A DNA stretch of 56,943 bases, filler included, from Acidimicrobiia bacterium (GTDB lineage: Bacteria > Actinomycetota > Acidimicrobiia > Spongiisociales > JAHEDJ01): NCBI GenBank assembly GCA_029210695.1. It is 2 parts of 2 records of this genome, joined end to end, with 100 filler letters (N's around TTAATTAATTAA, not from the genome) between each part and the next. Parts side by side here need not be neighbours in the genome. Positions count along the whole stretch, not along the records: positions 28,843 to 56,943 come from JARGFH010000049.1; 1 more part is not named here. One strand, given 5' to 3'. Of this stretch, positions 50,697 to 56,943 are shown in pieces. The notes below the pieces were generated by a model. That model was not told the origin of the DNA and did no database searches. It was given only the letters and a program-made list of their open reading frames with translations. Positions within the stretch are counted from its first letter, which is position 1. Each line of letters begins with the position of its first letter. Position numbers and translations under genes: made by a program.

Positions 50697-51170
50697 TTAC
50701 TGCCCCTCGTATGTCTCCACGACGTCCTCGACGATCGTCAGCTCGACGCCGGCTTGCGCCAATATGTGCCTGGTGTCCTGTCCGGCGTGGTAACGGCGCC
50801 TGGCCACGACGCGGGAGATGCCGCTGCTGGCGATGAGCATGGCGCAGACGCGGCAAGGCTCCATCGAGCAGTAGAGGGTGGTCCCTTCGAGTTGCAGCCC
50901 GTAACGGGCCGCCTGGCAGATGGCATTCTGTTCGGCATGGACGGTTCGGACGCAATGTTGTCTCGCCGTACCGTCTTCATCGATCATCTGCTTGAAGTCG
51001 TGTCCGGCTTCGTCGCAGTGCGGCAACCCGGACGGTGAGCCCACATACCCGGTGCAGATGATCCGCTTGTTGCGGACCACGACACAGCCGCTCTTCCCGC
51101 GATCACACGTTGCCCTCGTACCTACCTGATCGACCAGTTCGAGGAAGTACTCATCCCAACTCGGTCGCAT
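50697..51170 (-). CDS. dCMP deaminase (ComEB-like)
   Basis: RPSWDEYF, RATCDR, HAEQNA, PCRVC. Confidence 0.92.
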   Translation of the reverse strand: MRPSWDEYFLELVDQVGTRATCDRGKSGCVVVRNKRIICTGYVGSPSGLPHCDEAGHDFKQMIDEDGTARQHCVRTVHAEQNAICQAARYGLQLEGTTLYCSMEPCRVCAMLIASSGISRVVARRRYHAGQDTRHILAQAGVELTIVEDVVETYEGQ

Positions 51171-51219
51171 GTCATTCGCCCCTTCTGTTCGGGCTCACCC
51201 TACCGATCGGGCCGCCGCG

Positions 51220-52242
51220 CTACTCCCAGTTCTCTTTGCGCATCTTGGACGGCTGGACGCGGGGAGGTTCGCCCGGCATCTTGGGATAGTGCGGGGGCCA
51301 GGGGGCGTCGCCAAGTCCGCGCTCTTCGTCGGCCGCCACCATCTCCAGGAGCCCTTCGAGCCGTCCGGCCGCTTCGTCGATTCCGTCGGTGAGGTCGCCC
51401 ACATCGGCCCAGCGCTCCTTGAATGTCATCAGGTCCATGGAACGATGGTCGATGGTGGCGAGCTCATCCCACCGGAACGGCGTTGATACGAGACCTGTGT
51501 GACGAATCGAATAGGCAGAGGCGATCGTCTTGTCCCAGGCGTTCTGATTGAAATCGATGAACACGCCCTCACGTTCCTCCTTCCACCAGGCCGTTGTGGC
51601 GAGGTCGTTGCGACGCTCGGCTTCTCGAGCCAGCGCCAGTGCGGCGCGGCGGACCTCGTAGAAGTCCCACTCTCGCTCGACCCGTATGTAGATGTGGATG
51701 CCGCGGTTGCCGGATGTCTTCGGCCAGCCGGTGAGATGCAAGTCGTCGAGTATCTCGCTGATCGTGGCGGCTACGTCGCGGGCCGCCTCGAAGTCGTACC
51801 CTTCGGTGGGGTCGAGATCGATACGGAGTTCGTCCGGGTGGACGAGATCGTCGGCTCTGGCGTTCCACGGGTTGAGGTCGATGCAGTTCATCTGTGCCAT
51901 CCAGATGACGTCGCCCTCATCCATCGGAGCAAACATCTGGCCGGGCCGCGCAGACGGGAAGGTCACGTCCACCAACCGAGGCGCGCCTTTGGGGCGCTTC
52001 ACGAACAGCGCGGGTTCGCCAACACCCCGGTTCCATCGCTTGAGCAAGGACGGACGGTGGTACACGCCACGTAATGCGCCCGGCGCACACATCAAGAAGT
52101 GCTCGACCACATCGAGCTTGGTCCAGCCCTGCTCCGGGAACAACACCTTTTCGGGACTGCTGATCCGGATCGTCCGCCCGCCGAGTTCTACATGGGTCTC
52201 TGTCGGGGCCAAGCCGGTCATCCCCTCGTCTTCGCGCGGCAT
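51220..52242 (-). CDS. AEP primase-polymerase, Prim-PolC (stand-alone LigD Pol-like)
   Basis: SSPEKVLFP, PDELRIDLDP, KTSGNRGIH, TTAWWKEER, FIDFNQN, PWPPHYPKMPGEPPRVQPS. Confidence 0.9.
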   Translation of the reverse strand: MPREDEGMTGLAPTETHVELGGRTIRISSPEKVLFPEQGWTKLDVVEHFLMCAPGALRGVYHRPSLLKRWNRGVGEPALFVKRPKGAPRLVDVTFPSARPGQMFAPMDEGDVIWMAQMNCIDLNPWNARADDLVHPDELRIDLDPTEGYDFEAARDVAATISEILDDLHLTGWPKTSGNRGIHIYIRVEREWDFYEVRRAALALAREAERRNDLATTAWWKEEREGVFIDFNQNAWDKTIASAYSIRHTGLVSTPFRWDELATIDHRSMDLMTFKERWADVGDLTDGIDEAAGRLEGLLEMVAADEERGLGDAPWPPHYPKMPGEPPRVQPSKMRKENWE

Positions 52243-52247
52243 TCTCT

Positions 52248-52287
52248 TGCCGTAGGCAGTGATTGTCTGCCTTAGGCAGTGATTGTC
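52248..52287. repeat. Tandem 20-bp duplication upstream of Prim-PolC
   Basis: TGCCGTAGGCAGTGATTGTC followed by TGCCTTAGGCAGTGATTGTC. Confidence 0.85.
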
Positions 52288-52320
52288 GCGCGAAATCGGA
52301 TCAGAGGGCGGTTGTGCCGG

Positions 52321-53268
52321 TCACAAGACGCGGATCGGTGAACCCCGAAGGAAAGCCGCGATGGATTCGACCATCTCCGAGTAGAAGATCTCGTAGGTCT
52401 GGCTGGTGACGTATCCGATGTGCGGTGTGAGCAAGAGGCGCGGTGCGCGCCGCAGGGGATGGTCGGCCGGAAGGGGCTCCTGGTCGTATACGTCGAGTGC
52501 AGCTCCGCCGATTGATTGCCGCTCGAGGGCATGTATCAGCGCCCCTTCGTCGACGATCGGACCTCGTGAGGTATTGATCAGGTACGCGTCGTGCTTCATG
52601 AGGCTGAGAATGCTCTCGCCGATGAGGCCGTGAGTGCGTTCGCTCAGCTTCAAGTGGATGGTCACGAAGTCGGACCTCCGGAACAACCCGTCGCGATCGC
52701 TCAGTTGGGCGCCGACCTCCTCACAGCGTTCCGCGGTGAGGTTCTCGCTCCATGCGATGACGTCCATGCCGAACGCCTGGCCCAACCGGGCAACCTCCGC
52801 TCCGACCCGGCCGACGCCGATGACCCCCAACGTGGCGCCTTTCAAGTCCCTTCCGACTCCGACCGGCCATCCACCCCGCTGCATAGAGGCGGTCTCCGTG
52901 GGGAGCCCACGCGCCAGGCTGAGCATGAGCGCCATCGTCAGCTCAACCGTTGCGTGACCGGGTGAGTTCGTGCCCGACACGGTCACGCCGAACTCTCGGG
53001 CGGCTTCGAGGTCGATGGCCGAGTTGCGCATGCCCGTTGTGACCAGCAGCCGCAGATTGGGCAGTTGCTCCAGAAGAGCCCGGGGGAAAGGAGTCCTCTC
53101 CCTCATTGCCCCTATGACTGCGAATGGAGCGAGACGTCCCACCAGCTCCGCGCCGTAGCCGAGGCGATCGCGGAAGGACGTCATAATCGAATCAGGCGGC
53201 AGAACAGACCAGTCGGCGCTCTTCATCGCGACATCCTGGTAGTCATCGAGGATCGCGATGCGGACCAT
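52321..53268 (-). CDS. D-2-hydroxyacid dehydrogenase family protein
   Basis: IAILDDYQ, MRERT, GVGRVG, INTSRG, DVYDQEPL, TPHIGY; RBS AGGAGG. Confidence 0.92.
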   Translation of the reverse strand: MVRIAILDDYQDVAMKSADWSVLPPDSIMTSFRDRLGYGAELVGRLAPFAVIGAMRERTPFPRALLEQLPNLRLLVTTGMRNSAIDLEAAREFGVTVSGTNSPGHATVELTMALMLSLARGLPTETASMQRGGWPVGVGRDLKGATLGVIGVGRVGAEVARLGQAFGMDVIAWSENLTAERCEEVGAQLSDRDGLFRRSDFVTIHLKLSERTHGLIGESILSLMKHDAYLINTSRGPIVDEGALIHALERQSIGGAALDVYDQEPLPADHPLRRAPRLLLTPHIGYVTSQTYEIFYSEMVESIAAFLRGSPIRVL

Positions 53269-53385
53269 TGTTCCTCCTGTTGCGGCGCACTGCACTTTTC
53301 GCCGTGGTGCGCCGGCGAGACAATACGGCCGCCCTGACTCCGCGCCTTCGGCCATGTCTCGACCTCGCAATGTAGGCTCTGGCGG

Positions 53386-53775
53386 ATGCCGCCGTCTGTC
53401 GACACTGCCATCATCTTCACGGTCAACATGGTTGAGCTGGCGGCCTTCTATCAGGAGGCGTTCCAGCTGGACGACCCTCATGAGCAGGACCGCCATCGCG
53501 GATTCCAGCTCGACGGGTTCTATCTCGGGATCGATCAAGACGAAGGGGCTGCGCCGTCGCCGGGCAGCGTGACGCTGTGGTTCCGGGTCGAGGATCTCGA
53601 AGCGACGTTCACGCGCATGGTCGAGCTCGGAGCAGAAGTCCGCTATCCACCGACCGATACACCGTGGGGCGATCGGCTGGCTGCTGTGTTCGATCCAGAC
53701 GGCAACATGGTCGGGCTGGCTCACAAGCCGCCCGCCGATCCGCGGGACTCGATGGCTACGTTCGGGTTGGAGTAG
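53386..53775 (+). CDS. VOC/glyoxalase family protein
   Basis: AFYQEAF, LWFRVEDL, PWGDR..DPDGN. Confidence 0.88.
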   Translation: MPPSVDTAIIFTVNMVELAAFYQEAFQLDDPHEQDRHRGFQLDGFYLGIDQDEGAAPSPGSVTLWFRVEDLEATFTRMVELGAEVRYPPTDTPWGDRLAAVFDPDGNMVGLAHKPPADPRDSMATFGLE

Positions 53776-53799
53776 CCGGCCGATCCGGCTGGCGTCCGA

Positions 53800-54528
53800 T
53801 CAGCGCCCGGCGGCCTGGGCCAGGGTGTCGCGATCGAGGATGCGAATCAAGCGGTACCCGGTCTCGGTTGCGCCCGCAGCTTTCAGCTCGCCTAGGACTT
53901 CGTTCACCGTCTGGCGAGATGCTCCGAGCAAGGTCGCCAGAGTTCCCTGGGAGATGTGGACCTCGCCGCGTTGGTCGGCCTCGTCGAGCACCATCTCTGC
54001 GACCTGTTCCTTCACCGTCCGGTGCATCAAGCCCAGAACGCGACGTTGGGTTGCCTCGAGCTGGCTCAGGCCGGCGACCAGCCAGCGCAGGGTCACCACC
54101 GGGTGCTTGATGAGAACGGGCAGCAGCTTGTTTCGATCGAACCGGAAGGCTCGTACCCGTGTGATCGCTTTGGCCGAGGAGATATAGGGCTCCTCTTGAA
54201 ACATGGCGATATCGCCGAGCACGGTTCCCGCGCCGACCCGTGCCACGATTCGCCTGGTTCCTCCTGAGGTTCGAGAGAGCTCGACCTCTCCCTTCTCGAC
54301 AACGAAGGCATGACCGGCGATCGCACCTTCTTTGAAGAGGTGCGTGCCGGGATACTTCTCAACGTACTCGCCGGTCCCGGCGAGGGCCTCCAGGTCTGCC
54401 GGGCTGAGCGGCAGGTAATCGGTGCGCCCGAAACTGCGGGCGAGCCAGGCGAAGTGCTGTTGGTCTGCGGTGGTCAATGCGGGCCCCCTGTGCGAATGGT
54501 CAAATCCTGACCGTCGATAGTCCGACAT
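53800..54528 (-). CDS. Crp/Fnr-family regulator, Cmr-like; true start may be TTG at 54477
   Basis: cNMP domain LFKEG..GDI; HTH SQGTLATLLGASRQTVNEVL; N-terminal AWLARSFGR. Confidence 0.88.
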   Translation of the reverse strand: MSDYRRSGFDHSHRGPALTTADQQHFAWLARSFGRTDYLPLSPADLEALAGTGEYVEKYPGTHLFKEGAIAGHAFVVEKGEVELSRTSGGTRRIVARVGAGTVLGDIAMFQEEPYISSAKAITRVRAFRFDRNKLLPVLIKHPVVTLRWLVAGLSQLEATQRRVLGLMHRTVKEQVAEMVLDEADQRGEVHISQGTLATLLGASRQTVNEVLGELKAAGATETGYRLIRILDRDTLAQAAGR

Positions 54529-54604
54529 TCAAATGTGCTTTCTTCCACATCGTCGGTAACACGACACTAGGGACCATTCTTCGCATTATGTCGGGTTAGC
54601 GACA
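54512..54604. promoter_or_regulatory. Three YGTCG-N6-CGACA boxes
   Basis: CGTCGatagtcCGACA (54512), CGTCGgtaacaCGACA (54551), TGTCGggttagCGACA (54589). Confidence 0.75.
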
Positions 54605-54644
54605 CTTGGTGGATCGTGAAGGCGGCCGCGTGGTTTCTCCCGAT

Positions 54645-55028
54645 ATGAATACAACGATCTCACAACTAGCAACCGGACGCCTGCCCGTAGTGACTGGCGT
54701 CGGACTCGCCGCACTGTGGCTCGTGCTGGGTGTCATCTCCGACGGGACGACCTACCACTTGGCCCCGTTGTTGGTCGCCGGACTCCCGGCTTCTCTCTAT
54801 GCCCTCGAGAACCCAACGCCCCTGCTCCGACGTTCGGCCGGGTTAGCCGGTTTGGGCACATCTGCCGCGCTCGTGGTGACCTTCGTGCTGGCGGTCACAG
54901 GCAATCTCGGCGGGCCATCGCTGCTGCCGTTCGGTGGTGCGGTGACCGAGTCGGTGATCTTCGTTCTCGTTGGAGTGGCCGGCGGGTTGGCAGTCGGATT
55001 CCTGCGGAGCAGAAAAGGGTCGAACTGA
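54645..55028 (+). CDS. Hypothetical four-TM membrane protein
   Basis: Hydrophobic helices, TTYHLAP, GPSLLPFGGAVTE; divergent from the Crp gene. Confidence 0.75.
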   Translation: MNTTISQLATGRLPVVTGVGLAALWLVLGVISDGTTYHLAPLLVAGLPASLYALENPTPLLRRSAGLAGLGTSAALVVTFVLAVTGNLGGPSLLPFGGAVTESVIFVLVGVAGGLAVGFLRSRKGSN

Positions 55029-55244
55029 TGACCGCACCAACCACTCCCCGGCGCTCCAAGGTGCTGATGGCTGGGTTGGTCCTGGGCTGCATTGGCGATC
55101 ATCGCGTCGGCTGCCCTGGCCTTTGGACCAGGGGGTGACGACCAGGCGACGGCCGACCCATCGGTCCCGCAGTGGGGGGTGGCGGCCATGGTTCTCTTGA
55201 AGCTGTCACCGATGGCGGCAAGACTCCCCGGCGGGAGAGGTTGA
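55028..55244 (+). pseudogene. Frameshifted or truncated small exported-protein remnant
   Basis: MTAPTTPRRSKVLMAGLVL continues as AALAIIASAALAFGPGGDD only if one G of CTGGGCT (about 55085) is removed. Confidence 0.4.
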
Positions 55245-55258
55245 GCCGGGATGGGCCC

Positions 55259-55645
55259 CTATGTGAACTCGACGCTCTGCGTGGCGTCGGTCACAACGAA
55301 GATCCGCTCCGTGTTGCTGTCGGGGTCGGCGGGAAACACGAAGAAGGCCGGCCGATCGGGTGAGTAGCCGGACGTGTAGCCGACCACGACCTCTCCGTCC
55401 TTGAAGGTCACCTTGATCTTGCGGCCGAGACCGGCCCGTTCGACGTCTCGACGTGAACGGTTGTCGGGGTCACCCTCGAACGTACGGACGGTGAATACAC
55501 CTTTGAGGTCGGCGACTTTGACCAGGCGCGCCTCACTCCCGTCAACCGGCCGCAAATGGAACTGCGCCTTGTTGGGGAAGAAGTCGTTGCTGTTGCCTTT
55601 GAGTATGGTCCCATCCTGATAGTGGATGACGAGCTTCTGGTTCAT
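55259..55645 (-). CDS. DUF6982-like hypothetical protein
   Basis: Internal duplication: KLVIHYQDGTILKG..DFFP and KIKVTFKDGEVVVG..GYSP; FFVFPADP. Confidence 0.7.
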   Translation of the reverse strand: MNQKLVIHYQDGTILKGNSNDFFPNKAQFHLRPVDGSEARLVKVADLKGVFTVRTFEGDPDNRSRRDVERAGLGRKIKVTFKDGEVVVGYTSGYSPDRPAFFVFPADPDSNTERIFVVTDATQSVEFT

Positions 55646-55682
55646 CGCAATCCTCCCGAGCGTGCGGCGATCAGGCTATCAG

Positions 55683-56456
55683 TTAGACCTCTGCCAGCAC
55701 GGCTGCCGTTTCGAGAAGGTCCCTCAGTTGGGCGACGAAGCGGGAGGCGGGTGCGCCATCGACGACGTCGTGATCGAAGGCCAGGCTTAGGTCGAGATAG
55801 GTTCGCGGCACCACCCGGCCGTCCACGAAGGCCGGTCGTTCGACGGTACCACCAACGATCATGCTGAGTGTCTGAACCGGGAAACCGAGGCCCCATCCAC
55901 CCCCGCGGCCGAACATCCCGACAGAACTGATCCCAACGGTTCCGGCCAGTTCCCGCTGCCGGTGGGGGAGGCGGTGCAGAAGGCCAATCAAGCGGTATCG
56001 GATGAACCCGGGGAGTTGCAGAAACACCTTCGCCATTCCCGTGAGCCCCATTGTCGGGCTGGTCTGCGGTGCCGCTTTTACTTCTCGGATCTCGGTGTCG
56101 ATCTCCTGCAGCGTCTTCGTGTTGCAGCGCCGGATTACGTGGTTCATTGGAAACGAGCGTCCCTCCAGGTCGACCTCGATCATGACGTTGATATCAACGT
56201 CATCGAAAGTGATGAGTCGTTGCCGGAGGTCCCGCAGCGCGTGGACCTCCGGAATCGCAGAAACCGCCCGACCGGTGGAGGCAACAACGAAGGCAGTCAG
56301 GGAAGGCCGGGGGGCGAGGACGGCGAGCCGGGAGTTTGCTTTGGTGATGTCGACCTCGACGAGGCCGAACACGGGGTGTCGCTTCCCCGCCGCGCGGCCG
56401 GTATCCACCACGATTCGGCGACTGCGCGGGAAGGGTTCGATCTGGTATCCGGACAT
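55683..56456 (-). CDS. Stand-alone 2-oxoacid dehydrogenase E2-type acyltransferase catalytic domain
   Basis: GTVGISSVGMFG, FDHDVVDGAPASRF; no lipoyl domain. Confidence 0.87.
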   Translation of the reverse strand: MSGYQIEPFPRSRRIVVDTGRAAGKRHPVFGLVEVDITKANSRLAVLAPRPSLTAFVVASTGRAVSAIPEVHALRDLRQRLITFDDVDINVMIEVDLEGRSFPMNHVIRRCNTKTLQEIDTEIREVKAAPQTSPTMGLTGMAKVFLQLPGFIRYRLIGLLHRLPHRQRELAGTVGISSVGMFGRGGGWGLGFPVQTLSMIVGGTVERPAFVDGRVVPRTYLDLSLAFDHDVVDGAPASRFVAQLRDLLETAAVLAEV

Positions 56457-56528
56457 AACGTCAAACTACGCCGCCGAGACCCCTTGCTGGGGCGGAGTCT
56501 CGTGTATGTGCGAGAAGGATCTGACGAG

Positions 56529-56571
56529 GGTTGGCTGGATTGGGGCGTTATCAGCACCAATCCAGCCAACC
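56529..56571. repeat. Long intergenic inverted repeat (REP-like or terminator)
   Basis: GGTTGGCTGGATTGG-N13-CCAATCCAGCCAACC, perfect 15-bp arms. Confidence 0.8.
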
Positions 56572-56592
56572 GGGATCTGCCGCTTCGTTTGC

Positions 56593-56844
56593 CTATCCGC
56601 CGGGGTTGTCTCCCGGAGCGCACTCGTCCCGGAAGTACGCCCACTCCTCGCATTCGGATCCGTCATCGAAGATGCAGTAGCCGGTTTCTCCGGCGTCATC
56701 CGTTCGCATTTCGAGGGTGCCGCCCTGCTCCTCGCAGAAGACGGAGGCAGGGTTGGCGAGGCCGGCGTCGTCTTTCTTCTCGTCTCCGCATCCTGCGAAG
56801 GCAATCGACAGTATGAGAAGACCGATTGATGCCACTTGCTTCAT
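56593..56844 (-). CDS. DUF333-domain lipoprotein
   Basis: RBS AGGAGG, lipobox FAG-C, ANPASVFCEEQGG..GYCIFDDGSECEEWAYFR. Confidence 0.88.
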   Translation of the reverse strand: MKQVASIGLLILSIAFAGCGDEKKDDAGLANPASVFCEEQGGTLEMRTDDAGETGYCIFDDGSECEEWAYFRDECAPGDNPGG

Positions 56845-56943
56845 GGCTGACCTCCTAGTCATGATTCTAGTGGTCTGTCGCGGATTCAGTGATCTGGTTG
56901 AGGGCGGCTCGTCCTCGTTTGACTTTGGCAATGATTTCTTCGG

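Noticed and set aside
49623..52242. Complete NHEJ (Ku-LigD) system
   Set aside because: No Ku or phosphoesterase domain; motifs fit LigC and Prim-PolC.
53269..53724. N-terminal extension of the hydroxyacid dehydrogenase as a fusion
   Set aside because: A strong RBS precedes ATG 53268, and the extension is antisense to the VOC gene.
55028..55200. Selenocysteine read-through at TGA 55136-55138
   Set aside because: No redox motif context, and the downstream frame is not protein-like; a frameshift explains it better.

Overview
High-GC actinobacterial DNA, probably from an Acidimicrobiia-like metagenome assembly (taxonomy inferred from gene content). Two contigs are joined by an artificial linker (N44-TTAATTAATTAA-N44, 28743-28842), so adjacency across that point is not established. 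Left contig: (1) the right end of an integrative mobilizable element at tRNA-Leu(GAG), with a MobF relaxase-helicase, 23-bp repeat arrays, an excisionase and a tyrosine integrase split by a +1 shift in a C7 run; (2) the core cluster coaE-uvrB-uvrA-uvrC-rapZ-yvcK-pgk-tpiA-gpmA-secG, lacking whiA and gap here and interleaved with envelope/glycosylation genes (GT2, a GT-C/STT3-like protein, methyltransferases, a sulfatase-like protein and an unlisted YIDPGTG peptide); (3) a two-component system followed by two Flp pilins, one missing from the ORF track. Right contig: housekeeping and transport genes (GNAT, DUF1269, class V aminotransferase, MDR, MMPL/TetR, CorA, two MscS, ABC exporter with GbsR-like regulator, GuaB1, LigC, dCMP deaminase, Prim-PolC, a Cmr-like Crp regulator). 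The best candidate for an undescribed system is a tightly coupled three-gene operon at 36001-38926: an SPPY-type DNA methyltransferase fused to a degenerate PD-(D/E)XK-like domain, a small unknown protein, and a divergent restriction-endonuclease-like protein. All calls come from reading motifs by eye; no searches were run.
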